A stretch of DNA of 63,840 bases, filler included, from Folioceros fuciformis (GCA_049999805.1; 10 parts of 10 records of this genome joined end to end with filler, not necessarily neighbours in it); one strand, 5' to 3'; positions 24,885 through 37,971 are shown, counted from the first letter of the whole stretch. Notes: a model not told the origin generated them from the letters alone. Numbers and translations are program-made.

Positions 24885-26148
24885 GTGTCCATGGTAGGTA
24901 GTGAGCGGCTAGTGAAGGTTTTTATGGAGTTTTTTTTATTCTATTCTGGTAGGTTAGAATAAGAAGATACCTACATAGTAGGATGTCTACCTACATACAT
25001 AGAGAGAGTACCTACGTGGGGAAAATGGAAGATACCTACGTAGGTAGGGAAGGTACTTATACGGTAGACACCCCACCTACGGCAATGAGGCAGGCTGTCT
25101 ACCTACGACAATGGGTGGGAATGCTAGGGAACCTACCTACGAGAGGAGGGTAGGGAACCTCCCTACGAGAGGAGCAACAAGGACTCTACCTACGAAGGGG
25201 ACATCCTCACCCTACGTAGGGAAGGAACCTCAAGTTGAAAAACAAGTGGATCCCTTCCCTACCAAACCTGTAGGTGGTGGTGAAGGGATATCCCAAGAGA
25301 TCCACACAGAGGAAGGTACGGTGGAAGTTCGTGGATCCAAAAGAAGACGAATCCCAATAATGGAGGGGGGCCCAGTAGCTCAACCTTCAGACTCTGCCTC
25401 CTTTCAGAAGTAGTTCTAGCCACACCTTTTTGGAGAGAGGGTCAACAAATCTTCTATGGCAGCGTCGATAGTCCTAATCTTCAGCGGCGCGCACTGCCCT
25501 AGCAATTATTGGTAGTACTTAGCCTCTTGGTAGGTGTGCGCAATTAAAGTTGGTGGCACCTAGTGTGAGAGAAGGGTAGCCCACCACCTACATGTAGGAG
25601 AGGGTTCATGTGTCGATCTCTCCTATAAGGAGAGGCTACACAAAGAAATGGACCACCACATTCTGCACTCTTCTCATGGCGAGTTCTCATGCTCAGCAGA
25701 GCATAGGAATCTCATTGCCGGCTGTGTGCCATCACAGCGCTTGGTTGTGGCTAGAGTTGCAGTGGTCAAAGTGCTTGGTGGAGGGCTCATATTCTTCCAT
25801 GCACACCCCTGCAAGTTGCTTCCCTTGTGAATGGTTGTTGTGCTGCTATAGGTGTGTGGCAATACCTGTGTGAATGTTGGCTTGAGGGTAGACTCCAGGG
25901 AAAGACTCCCTGGAAGTTCTCGCTAACAAGCACAAGCGCGTAACAACCGGCCTAAGGAAAAACTTGTTGGGCCGTTTTTTGGATTGTGAGTGTTTCGTGA
26001 CAAATAGTGAACCAACTTTCATAAGCCTTCGTGGACATTCTGGCTGAAGGGGGAGGTGCGAGTGCCCTTTTTGTTGCCGATCGCAAAGGTTCTTGTGGTG
26101 TCTGGTTGGGAGTGTTGAACGCAGGGAGACGAGCAGTTGGATCGCTGT

Positions 26149-26760
26149 GGAAGGTGTTGCAAGGAGACTTGTGAGGAAGGGGTGTTGGGTGTAGGTAGTT
26201 AGAAATTGGTAGGGGAAGGTACGGTGGCCCTTCCAAGTGAAGGAATGGTGCCTTCCTACCGACTGGACGTGTTGAAGGTATACGCTAGGGAAGGTTGAAT
26301 GTCAAAGGTGAGTGATAAACACAGTTGGGGGGAGCAGAGCAGGCTCGGAGGAAAACTTGGTCGTTGGGCGTAGAGAGATGAGCAGCTAGATTGTGGGTTG
26401 AGGAAGGTGTTGTAGGGAGCCCTGTGAGGAAAAGGTATTGAGTGTAGGGAGGTAGAAATCAGTAGGGGAGGTACTCGGGCCCTTCCAAGTGAGGGAATGG
26501 TGCCTACCTATTGACTGGACGTGAGGAAGGTGTTGTAGGGAGCCTTGTGAGGAAAAGGTATTGAGTGCAGGGAGGTAGAAATCGGTAGGGGAGGTACTGG
26601 GGCCCTTCCAAGTGAGGGAATGGTGCCTAAATATTGACTGGACGTGAGGAAGGTGTTGTAGGGAGCCTTGTGAGGAAAAGGTATTGAGTGTAGGAGGTAG
26701 AAATTGGCAAGGGAGGTACTGGGGCCCTTCCAAGTGAAGGAATGGTGCCTACCTACGGAC
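26149..26760. repeat. 123-bp tandem repeat, 3 copies plus one degenerate upstream copy
   Basis: gaggaaggtgttgtagggagcc at 26400, 26523, 26646; related unit near 26149. Confidence 0.93.
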
Positions 26761-27149
26761 GTGTGGGAGGATTGGCAGGTACGTGGTTGGGAGGGTTGTC
26801 TATTGTAGGGGAACAATAGACGTAGCTGACCAGGATCAGAGGGGAGCCGATTCCGGGGAAGCCTACAACGACCGTGGGATTGATGTGGCTACGATACATG
26901 TGAGCGGGTGCCTAGTAGGGATACCATACCNNNNNNNNNNNNNNNNNNNNNNNNNNNNNNNNNNNNNNNNNNNNNNNNNNNNNNNNNNNNNNNNNNNNNN
27001 NNNNNNNNNNNNNNNNNNNNNNNNNNNNNNACGATACATGTGAGCGGGTGCCTAGTAGGGATACCATACCCGCTTGCCCACATTTTTGGCACCCCACCAA
27101 GGAAGAATCGTGCCGTGCTGCACATTGACGCTCATGCAGATTGCCTGTG

Positions 27150-27356
27150 GCTCTGATACCATAATGCAAGTGCGGATCATTGAGGGGGCACGAGCGGGTA
27201 CAAGCGAAAGCACGAGAACGTGGCAGAGAAGTATAAAAACGGTCGTTAAGTTCATAGGAAAAAGTTGGATATATACAATGGTCATATATCTCTTGTAACT
27301 GTTCATAAAACTACTAAAGTAGAATAAACCTAACCATAGGTTCATCAACTATTTCC
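27150..27356 (-). mobile_element. Probable small LTR with tRNA-iMet PBS
   Basis: gctctgatacca (TGGTATCAGAGC on minus) at about 27150-27161 abuts the repeat shared with 21828-22019. Confidence 0.65.
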
Positions 27357-27669
27357 TCATGGATAATGAAATTGCAGCGGACACTAAATTAAGACGCATG
27401 GGATAGAGACTCATTGAAGAGCTATTTAAAGAGCAGGTGTGTTTTGAAGATAGACAGTGTTCCCATGAAATGGACCCGAATAGTTGTTGATCTGTTTGCA
27501 CTGGAATTCTGCATGAAATTCCACTTCCTAAGAATGACAGAGAATTCAAGGTGCACTTGCAATCCATGAATTCTCCTCCTCCACATTTCCTTGCACTCAT
27601 CTTTGACCCTTGCATGCCATTCACTTATATTACATGTTCCTTTGTTCTGCAGTTCTAATGTGGCATCCT

Positions 27670-27890
27670 CTCAAACAATTCCCTTGCCTACCATTTGGGC
27701 ACTCTCACAACCTCAGTTGGGTCCCTTCACACAACAAGAACTCAAAGGGATGCCTGAGCAGCAGAGATATGGCAGTCATTGTAGGAATGTGCGAGTCGCT
27801 TCCATTCCTTTTGAGAGAGTTGCAGATTTTGTTAAAGAGGACGAAACCTTAGAAGACTTTCCAACAAATTTGCACATTCAACGTCACACT
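27670..27890 (+). mobile_element. N-terminal fragment of a SWIM/MULE-type transposase family
   Basis: VASIPFERVADFVKEDETLEDFPTNLHIQR resembles, from memory, the N-terminus of plant SWIM zinc-finger MULE-derived proteins. Confidence 0.5.
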
Positions 27891-28371
27891 CTTCACACCC
27901 CTGTGAATAGAGCAGCTCTATTTTGCTGTGTCTCCCTTTTGGGAGCGCCGAAGCTAGAAGCGGAATACCAAAGGACAAATTCTAAGTTAACAAACAGCAC
28001 TGGTTGCTATGGGAGTTGTTGCGTTAGGAGGCTGCACAGGGCAAACTTCACTCCCATTGACCACTGACATCAGCTCATTTTCCTCCCGAATTAGCATTAA
28101 TCTCATTGACCAAGTGTTTCCATTGAAACCATCCTTGTCCCTGAAGAATTGGATCTTCAGCGGCTCTGTATTCCGTGCATAACATTACGAAGTACGAGCA
28201 AAACTAACAGGTTCCAGTGACTTGTACACGTTTGAGCCTCATCGGGCCTACCGCACGGCTTTTCTCAACTCATTAAATCTTCGACGTATTTAGGAGACGG
28301 GGAGGGCTGCCCCAAGGATAAACCCTATACCCCTCATGACACGGGACACTATTCATCTGAACCGGTAGGGC

Positions 28372-28510
28372 AATCTGGGACATGAGTATTCCTCTGAATA
28401 TGTTTAAACCCGTACGGGAATCTGGGATATCTGTGTTCCTCTGAATTTGTTTAAACCGGCACAGGACTCTGGGATATTTGCATTCCTCTGAAGATAAACT
28501 GGGATCCCGG
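28372..28510. repeat. Tandem repeat of about 47 bp, 3 copies, abutting the PPR truncation
   Basis: tctggga..ttcctctgaa recurs three times. Confidence 0.8.
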
Positions 28511-29885
28511 TCTGCTGCATTCTCTCATAGCATTGCAAAGCTTCTTGACCAAGCCCATGGTGAGCATATCCGGCAATCATAGTGGTCCAAGTTACCGTAT
28601 CTTTAGAAGGCAGTCTGTCAAATACTCTGTTGGCCTCTTCTAAGCTCCCACATTTGGAATACATGTCCACCAAGCTGCTTCCGACAACCGTAAGGGCTTC
28701 CAAACCTTCATCCTGAATTTTGGAATGCACAAGCATCCCTTGATATAGAGCTCCAATGCAGGAACATGCGTTCAGAAAGGCAAACAAATGTGACATGATC
28801 CGCCGCGGACATCCCTTCTCGTTGCATTTGTACATACAGAGACAGCGATTCTTGAGGCAGCCCATTCTGAGCATATGCTAAAAGCATCGCGTTCCATGTC
28901 ACCAAATCTTTTGAAGGCAAACAGTCAAACACTTTGCGAGCGTCCTCAAGGTTGCCACATTTTGCATACATGTCGACCAGGCTGCTGCCTACCACCAGAC
29001 TATGTTCAAATTCTCGTTCCCGTCTGTGGGAGTGGAGCTCCTTGCCCTCATCTAAAGCTCCAACACTCGCGCATGCTTTCAACAGGCAAGCAAACATGAC
29101 ATCATCAGCCAAACTGATGCTTTCCTGCTGCATTCTTGCATAAAGAGAAAGGGATTCCTGTCCAAGCCCACGCTGGGCATAGCTCGAAATCATTGCAGTC
29201 CATGTCATACTATCCTTCGCAGCTACACCATCAAACACGGTTCGAGCATCCTTCAGTCTCCCACATTTGGCGTACATGTTGACCAGGCAGTTCCCCACAA
29301 ATTTATTAGGCTCAGCTCCACTCTGCAAAAGGTCAGCATGAACCTGCCTGCCTGCTGCCAAATCTGCGGCACTTGTACACGCTTTCAGCACTGCCACGGC
29401 CATATAGCTGTCCAGATTGACATTCGACTCTCTCATTTGCTTATATAGCCTTATGGCCTGCAAAGGCTGCCCATGTTCGGTGTGAGCCAATATGATAGAC
29501 ACCCACATGTAACCACTAGGTGCAGTCATCTGCATAAACACCTGCATTGCTTCCTGCAACCTCCCATGAGAAGCATACATGCGGATGATATGGTTGGCCA
29601 AGAATGTGTTTGCATCAAACCCACTTTTTGCAAGCAGAGAATGAACACGTGTCCCAAGAACCAAATTCTTCTGTGCGATGCAGCCCTTAAGCACGTGAAA
29701 GATGAGGGGTGCGGAAATTGCACACCGTCAACAAGGCAGTACAATGCTTCGACAGTCTCATTGAGCTGTCCTTGGCATAATCTCCTCCACGCTTCAGCTT
29801 CAGGTTCTGCGTCACGTCCAGCTCCAGTTTCGATTGAAGCCTGGTGAGATGCACGGTAAGCATGATTGTATGCTGTCACAATCAT
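28500..29885 (-). pseudogene. PLS-class PPR gene with two frameshifts and 3' truncation
   Basis: Repeated SSLVDMYAKCG..ARKVFD..DLVTWNAM motifs; frame changes near 29720 and 28775; no E/DYW domain after 28500. Confidence 0.88.
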
Positions 29886-30779
29886 GGAGGCGGACCGCGG
29901 AGTCGACAGCCGGGGAATCCCATGTGGCCGGGAGCTCCGCCTCCGCCTGAAGGATACCGCACGAATAGGCGTTCAATATCTCCACACCGCGCCGCAAAGC
30001 CTGCAGCGGCTCCAGCAACTCCGACCGCATCAGCANNNNNNNNNNNNNNNNNNNNNNNNNNNNNNNNNNNNNNNNNNNNTTAATTAATTAANNNNNNNNN
30101 NNNNNNNNNNNNNNNNNNNNNNNNNNNNNNNNNNNAATCAATTTTAGTTATGTCCACATTGCATTACGAAACATATGTAAATGAATATATTAGAAAAATC
30201 TCTCCCAGTCTCACCTTGCTTGGAACGTCTTGCTTTGCCAAGCCTCGTCCATGCAACCTGGTGCTGTGCCCCCTTAGGACTGGTTTCCATGAGGGCCGAT
30301 ATTTACGAAGGCTTTTTCAACTTGTTGTTGGACTGGAACGGTATTGCCACTTTCCATGGCTTCCCTATGTGCATTCCTTCCGTAAATAATAAAGGACCTC
30401 ACCGACTACTCATCACTTGCGAGTGACCGACTACTCAGCACTGATGCGAGTCCGGTTTTCATCCCAAGCTCTGCACTCATGCAAGTTACTTGAGTGCGAT
30501 TGCTTATTCTTCACTTTGAGCGCCTATCGATGGAAGCCCGTGATGCAGCTCAGCTCACAGCCACTTAGGACGTTAATTTGAATAAAAATCTCATTGTGTG
30601 TTTAGGTCTTGCTTCAGCAATTGCATTGCCTGCTGCAATAAATTATCTTCACCGTCAACCTAAAGTGCTTCCTTCATGTAGGCAAGTAGGGCAACTGAAT
30701 ACTAAAGAAGGTGCACATACCACAATTTCTTCTATGATGTTCCTTCTTGCTTTCACTCACATTTCAGTTCTTTCATGCA

Positions 30780-31495
30780 AGCGGCGTACTACTAGTGACC
30801 AATATATCAAGGACAAGAGTTTGGCTTGATGGTCCCTTTTTAAGGAAGCAACATGGACTGCTTATCCTGAGCATTTCAGAGAGTTTTTTAGAATGACACC
30901 TGCCACATTTGAGTATGTGTGCAGCTTGGTGGTTGTGGATCTAACTAGGAAGACACCATTAGCTCTACGACAGATTTGAAACAGGCAAATATTAGTTGAC
31001 ATCCAAGTGGCTCTAGCAATCAGAAGACTTGCCACAAAGGATACTCTCAAGTCCATTACGGATTGATGTGAGCAACTTTAGTTCAAGGAGTACTTTGTGG
31101 GAGACACGGGATACCCCTCACTGCCGTGGCTCCTTATTTCGAGGAGAAATATTTCTGGGAAGAAAAGCTACTTCAATTTTAAGCATTCTTCTACTCGCAT
31201 GGTGGTAGAATTCGCATTCGCTAAGCTTAAAGGCACGTGGAGAATGTTAGGGAGAACCATTTGGAAGACTAACATTGACACATTGTGGGCACTCTTAATG
31301 TGCTGCAGCTACCTACATAATGTGTTGATTGACCGTGGAGAGATGGCTATGACAGAAAATGATGACCAGCAGACACATGATGCTGGCTACCGAACTATCC
31401 CTTGTTACATTATAGATGCAAATGGTGACCAACTTCGTAACAACATAGCTACTTTCTTGTGGCCTAGCCGTGAAATGCAAGAAACAAGTTGCTGA
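30780..31495 (+). mobile_element. PIF/Harbinger transposase, internally deleted
   Basis: FREFFRMTPATFEYVCSLV; VGDTGYPSLPWLL..FNFKHSSTRMVVEFAFAKLKGTWR..LHN. Confidence 0.9.
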
Positions 31496-32159
31496 TTCTA
31501 AGACATTTTATCTCCTATCTTGTTCAAGGTATCACCTATCTTCATGAATGCATGCACAAAACCTTCACCTATTTGGTTTTGTGACTTCACAAGAGCTCCA
31601 GAATGTCCTTCCACTCTCTCTTGACTTGAAATGATTCTTTAACTTGGACCACACTTCCTTGGTGAGCGCCTTGTGGGGCTTCAAATCGACATCCCCAAAT
31701 CCTGGAACCAACTTGTCGGGGTGCACAATATCATAAAAAGAGCAAATAGCTCCAATAGTCCTAGCCNNNNNNNNNNNNNNNNNNNNNNNNNNNNNNNNNN
31801 NNNNNNNNNNNNNNNNNNNNNNNNNNNNNNNNNNNNNNNNNNNNNNNNNNNNNNNNNNNNNNNNNNCTTCTTTGGAATTTCACCCCTTGTACACCAGATC
31901 GTGGGCGAACAAATCTCGAGATGTGAATTATGGCAACATCTGCGCTTCTGTTGCCTAGTTGTATGTGGTGTACCACCTAACGTCCAATAGCGGGATTCCA
32001 CGAAGGTACTCCATGACATCCCGAAGGAGGTGCACCACTAGTGCCCAGTGGGAGACCACTCCCGGCCCATTTGCAATTCACAACGCCCCGATCCCGCCTG
32101 AGTTGTCTGCACCGCCCCGCCCCTGCCGCGCCCGTGCCCAAGCCGCCCCGCTCCGCCCC

Positions 32160-32483
32160 ACCCGCGCCATTGCCTATTTGAATTTGCAGTCTCCTGAATG
32201 TGGCATTTCTTGTGGTGTTAGTCATGTGAAGACCCTGTGACGAATGTAAAGTACCGAACAAAGTTTTTATGTAAAGTACCTTACAGCATTTTATGTAAAA
32301 CCCATTATAATAATCAGTCTGCAATCTCCCTCGCGGTGGTCGACTGTTCATGGCGCGGCCTGCGCCACTGCCTATTTGAATTTGCAGTCCTTCGAAGGTG
32401 GCATTTCTCGTGGTGTTAGTCATGTAAAGACCCCGTGACGACTGTAAAGTACCTTACAAAGTTTTTATGTACAGTACCTTACA
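32160..32483. repeat. Direct duplication of about 120 bp, spaced about 200 bp
   Basis: gcctatttgaatttgcagtc..tggtgttagtcatgt..tgtaaagtacc near 32172 and 32370. Confidence 0.85.
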
Positions 32484-33379
32484 CCTTATACCTTTCACCT
32501 CCGTTTCCTCTTCTTGGGAGCGGGCTCCACTGGCGCTGCCGTCGTTGTAGACATCACTTCTTCCTCAACAACACTCATCAACCTTGTGGAAATGGTTTGC
32601 CACGGGAGTGTTGTCCTTCTTCTTTGCCATGGAGGAACCAACATTTCACGTTCCAAACAACCCGAAATAAGATCCTTGCATAATTCAAAAATACGCTATA
32701 AGACATCTTATTCACGAGCGACGAGAATGTGATGAATCCTTGGAAAGCGTATCCTCTTCGTGCCCAGGGACGGGTCCCTGTATATCTTCTGTGATGGGGC
32801 TCTGTGCATCCTCAGTTGGGGATCTCTCACCATTTTCGAGTGGGGAACTCTCACCATCTTCCGGTGGGGGCCTCTCAGCATCTTCAGGTGGGGGCCCCTC
32901 TGCATCTTCACGGGGAGGCAGGGTTTTGAATCCTTGCGAGGCCATAAGGATGTGTCCACATATTCAATGAAGGGCACATGACCCTGCGAATAGCAATTGG
33001 TCGATTCTTCGTTGTAAGCTTTATGTTGCTTGTTTTTGTTGGCTTCTGTATTTCTTAATTGTTCGGCAAAATTGCTGGTCATAGCTATGAACAATTTTTT
33101 ACCTCATTTAGAAGTGACCACCTTCCTTTTCGTTCCAGCTACCCTTTAAAGTATCAATTGCATCTTCAGGCTCCATGCCTGTGTTCAAAGACTCTGCTGG
33201 TGATTAAGACTCCCCACTAGGATCTACAGGGACAGCACTAGATGAGGCCTCGCTTGAAGAATTAGGTGTGTGTGCAAAAAATCACACACATTAGAAGCCT
33301 AGATAGGAGGAGCAAGCAAAAGGTATTACCTAGTGGCATGGTGCTGGTGTCACCCAAGTGCGCAAAGTCTAGGGCAGAG

Positions 33380-33760
33380 GCTTATGAATCGGTAAACCAC
33401 AATTCAATTGTTGTAAACAAGCTATGCTCAAAGCTAGGGGGCAATTTGTGAGCCTTCTTGTCTTCCACACTCATCTTCTAGTATGTATCTTGTCCACTTA
33501 ATCGATGCCAGCAATGGTCATTGATTTTTTTCCAATCGTGTGCAAGATTGTCTCAGTTACTTTTTGCTTGACTAGCAATACACACCACAACGTTCATGTA
33601 GCAGTAGCGTGCCACGTTCTCCCACCGTTCAGTACCCTTCTTGTTCTTTTCCTTGTTGCCTCCCATAACTCTAGTTTCATGATCAATCCTCTTAACTGCC
33701 TGCAAAATGTAAAGCTCCTATAATGTCCACATTTTCCTTGGTGCCTTAAATCCCTGATGT
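33380..33760 (-). mobile_element. Degenerate Myb/SANT (trihelix-like) gene, likely the Harbinger partner ORF
   Basis: Minus strand reads RKMWTL*ELYILQAVKR..ERWENVARYC..QAKSN*DNLAHDWKKINDH; convergent with the transposase. Confidence 0.7.
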
Positions 33761-34569
33761 GTGGATGGGCCCTAGCTCATGACTGTTGTTGTGGGTATAT
33801 CAATTTGTAAGGTGACAGGCCTGGCCGGAGAAGTGAAAGGAGAGATCAAAGCCAAAGGCAATGCAGAACTTACGGAAAAATTGGGAAGCACAGAACTCGA
33901 AGGCACCGCATTTAATGACAAGCTACATCTTTGAGATTAGCTGCAATTGCCCGCATTGTAAGCCTACGCTTGGGAGACCGGGGAAAACCATAACGTGACA
34001 CCGTGGATTCCGGTACCCTCCCAAACCCCCTTTATTTTTGTCGTAATGTATAAATATAGTAATATGAGAAGTTGAAGTTGATGGAAACTTGCCCCTGGAA
34101 ACCAACCCTTACTATCCACAACGAATGCAATGTTTTTCTCTACAAAACTTCGTCCTAAAATCCTTCATGGGTGGTTGTCAGGACTGGGTATCTACCCCAT
34201 TTTTAGGCGCAACGCCACAAAAACATTGTGATCTTTTATGACTATCATTTCAGCATGCACCAACACTTTCAAGGATTGTTGCTTNNNNNNNNNNNNNNNN
34301 NNNNNNNNNNNNNNNNNNNNNNNNNNNNTTAATTAATTAANNNNNNNNNNNNNNNNNNNNNNNNNNNNNNNNNNNNNNNNNNNNGATCGGAGCTGGAGGG
34401 GAGCCCTCGAATCCATCATCGAGTTGATCAAGTCCGACCCTCCATCCACAGCAGCAAGGAACCCCATCGCTCCTTCGTGGGAACGAAACCCAATGTCTCA
34501 ACGATAGTGGGATAAGTGTGGCCACTAAAGGTGGAACCCGTTGGCAATCAGTGCCCGGGGTTTTGCCTC

Positions 34570-34760
34570 CACAGATCCCATAGACGGTAGCCCATCTCAC
34601 CAGATTCAACATAGCCAAGAAAAATACATTTTCTTGACTTGGGAGCCAACTTGTCCCGAAACTCCTTAGGAACATGGTAGTATGCCTCGCAGCCAAACAC
34701 TCATAGATGCTTGTATAACGACTTCTTTCCAGACCACATCTCCTCTAGAACCTGCTCATC
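34570..34760 (-). mobile_element. Copia integrase C-terminal (SH3-like) fragment
   Basis: KHL*VFGCEAYYHVPKEFRDKLAPKSRKCIFLGY..GYRLWD. Confidence 0.88.
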
Positions 34761-35140
34761 CTGCTTGGGCCTCGGTGGCTCATAACTGGAATGTCTACCA
34801 TCGTCTGATCGAGATCCTGACTTCCACGGCCGGGGTCAGTTCGGCGCCCACACCCTTGCTCTTGACGTCTGAGCTCTCGGCGACCGCGATTCATTCACTT
34901 TCCGGTGCCTGTTGGTCGGGTCCTCGCCTCGCTAGCGCGCTCAGATCGCACCTCGCTGGCGCCCAGGTAGCGCCCCGGTGGTGCTCGGGTGGCGCCTTAG
35001 CTAGCGCCTTGGTGGCTTGGCCACCCTAGCTAGGTGGCCTGGCGCCCTGGCCCGTGCTCCTCCTAGATCTCCATCCTCATGGCCTTGCGCCTCCATCCGT
35101 AGCACCTACAACAGACACAACCATTTTGCTCCACACCTTA

Positions 35141-35448
35141 GCTCTTATACCACTTGAAGGATTGCTCCAGGAGCTACATGGTGAAGGAGAGGAGAAGAGG
35201 AGGCAAGGAGGAGAGGAGAAAGAGAGGTCATACTCTCACAATAGAGTCTCAATAGCAAGGGAGCTCAAGGGAGTATTTATACCCTCTAGAAGAGCTCCCT
35301 AGGAAGCTTCACAAGAAGCGCATAGGAAGCTACGTAAGAAGCTTCCTACAGATTAGCTTAAGCTAATCTAAACTAATGATACTTAACTAGACACTAATAT
35401 TAAACTAAACACATTAGTCTAAGCACATTGGGCTTTATTAACCCTACG
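35141..35448 (-). mobile_element. 5' LTR family A (35155-35448) with degenerate PBS
   Basis: Closely similar to 2360-2685; TGGTATAAGAGC at 35152-35141. Confidence 0.9.
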
Positions 35449-35942
35449 CTTCCTATTCCTGAGCCCTCACTAACTCCTATTGCATTTCTTGGTTAGTCCC
35501 ATGGGCTTCCCTCACCTGAGCCAGGGGCGACGCTTGCTGCTCCTTCAGCGCCTGCACCTCTTCCCTCGCTTGGTAGACCTCCTCCTCCACTTGTTCCTTA
35601 GCCGTGCTCAGGGCTTGTCTTGCTTCTTCCAGGTGCTACCGTTCTGCTTCGGACTCGGCCAGCTTCCTCCAGGCTTCGGCCTCTTTCTCTTGGGCTTTAG
35701 CTTCCCTTCCCGGGCCTCAACTTCCCTCTCCGCCTACATGCTTAGCCAGGTTAGCGCCCTGGCAGCCTGGTCCAGCATATCTGCGTGGGCTGCACCATCG
35801 CTAAGGTCAGGCCCGGCAAGTCGACCTGCTACGACTCCCCCACAGGAGCCATCTTCCTGTCCAGGATCTGCCTCCCCAATAGTGCCCGTAGCCTGTCCAG
35901 GTCCTCCATCTGCAACCTAGCCACCAGCGGACCCTGGGGGAG

Positions 35943-36191
35943 TGTTAGAAATCAAGCTCTAACTGAATTGTTATTAAGAGCATACAACACTTAGGATACT
36001 GTAGATTATCCCATATTGAACTCGTAGTTATCTATCACCTAAGTGTTTTCAGGATATATCAGGATATACTAGGATATTGCACCCTCGAGACTAAGGCTTA
36101 CCTTATCGAGGGTTGCCCCGCCTAAAGACTATATATGTAGCATCCTGTGCACCATAAGTAAGGAACTGTGGAGTCCTTCTAGGCCTGTGGT
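35943..36191 (+). mobile_element. LTR family B, plus orientation, missing last 12 bp
   Basis: TGTTAGAAATCAAGCTC...GCCTGTGGT is the reverse complement of 38200-38438. Confidence 0.93.
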
Positions 36192-37971
36192 TGAAAGACT
36201 CAAACACTTCATCCTTATGCTTCAGTATGTACAGCCATGTGTACCTGTTGAAATCATCAATGAAGGAGACATAGTAGTGGGCTCCTCCAAACGATGCATT
36301 CTGTGAGGGACCCCATACATCAGAGTGTATCAATTGCAAAGGTCTCGAGCTGTTCTGCATGTGTTGCACAAATGGAAACCTTGACTGTTTTCCAAATTGA
36401 CATGCAGAACACACATAACCAAGATCAGCATACTTGAACTTGGGCAATCCTTCCACCACGCTTTTCTGTTGCATAGATTTCAGCTTCTCTATGTTCACAT
36501 GCCCAATCCTCTTATGCCATATTTCAATATCACGTATGGCACCTGCATCATTTGCAAACATTGCTGCATTTAGCTCTGGAATGGATGCATCCAGAGTGAA
36601 CATCTGTCCATTCCTACTACTTTTAGCAATCAGTTTGCGCCCTCTGTCATATTCTTCAATAAAGCATCCATCTTTATTGAATCGAACCTATAGATTTTGT
36701 TCAGCCATCTGTCCAACAGACAACAAGTTCTTCGTAATGGTTGGAACATGCAACACGTCTTGCAGACTCTTCTGCTGACCATTCGGCATTCTAAGAGGAA
36801 CAATTCCTCTGTGCTTTATGTTATGTTGTGTGTCATCTCCTGTACACACATGACCATGGGGACTTGCATCCATCTTGTTAAACCACTCGCCATGCGGAGT
36901 CATGTGGTTTGATGCTTCTGAATCAATGTACCATCTCTCATCATTCTGCCCATCCTGTTCAGAGAGATGTTGCATGGCAAACAACCTATCCTAGTCATTT
37001 CCAGCAGTACTAGAGGAGGCATAGTTCCCATGCTGCCTTCCTTTTCCTCTCATGTTTGCTTGCTGCTTATAGCAGTCCTTAGCAATATGACCAACCTTAC
37101 CACAGTAGTAACACTCCTTATCTCTATTGGAATGGTCATGAGATTGAAAAGAACCATCTCTTCCTCTTGTGGCTCTACCTGCTCCTCTAAAACTTCCAGA
37201 TTCTCTTTGGACTTGTGCATTTCCTCCACGCCAATTGTCTTGCTGATTTTGCGTGTTCCGAGCATCACCCCTTCCTCAGAATGAACCACGACCTCTGTGG
37301 CCTCTCCCACGCTGGTTAGAAAACAAAACAGTGTCTCTCCCTTGAGATATACCTGAACCTGTGTTCAGACGAAGCTTAACTTCCTCATGCAGCAACAAAG
37401 CAACCAATTCATCCCAACTTGGGAACTCAACTCTCACAGAGATTGATGTGTCAAAGGACTTGTACTCCTTGCCAAGTCCGTTCAGAGTAACTGCAACCAT
37501 GTCATCTTCCGTCACACTTGCACCGATTGTAGCAAGCTGATCAGCTATGGTCTTCACCTCTGTTGTATACACGAGTATGGATGTGCTACCTCGTGACATG
37601 TTGTTGAACTGCTACTTTAGCTGGATTTTCCTAGCATGTGTGACATTTCCATAGTTCCTCATGAGTATGTCCCATGCATCCTTCGGAGACTCACATCCCG
37701 TGATCTGTATGACCATAGCATCTGAAATGCTTAAGGAGAGCCAATGTAACACTTTACATGCTCTCTCAGTCCAATGCTTGTGAGCAGTCTTTTGCTCCTA
37801 TGATGGAGTACGATCCATCTCTGGTTCACTCTCATCACCTGTGCAGAGGTCCCAATAGCCTCTACCTACCAAGAAGTTCTTCATCCTGAACTTCCACAAA
37901 GCAAAATTCTTGTTATCCAACTTCACTCCCACGACCTGAGAGATATTGTCTGATCCCTGCACATTAGCCAT
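36192..37971 (-). mobile_element. Copia gag-protease-integrase 5' half, decayed
   Basis: ATG 37971 MANVQG..KLDNKNFALWKFRM; WYIDSEASNHMT; WHKRIGH; IHSDVWGP; FIDDFNRYTW; breaks at EVFESFN. Confidence 0.95.
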
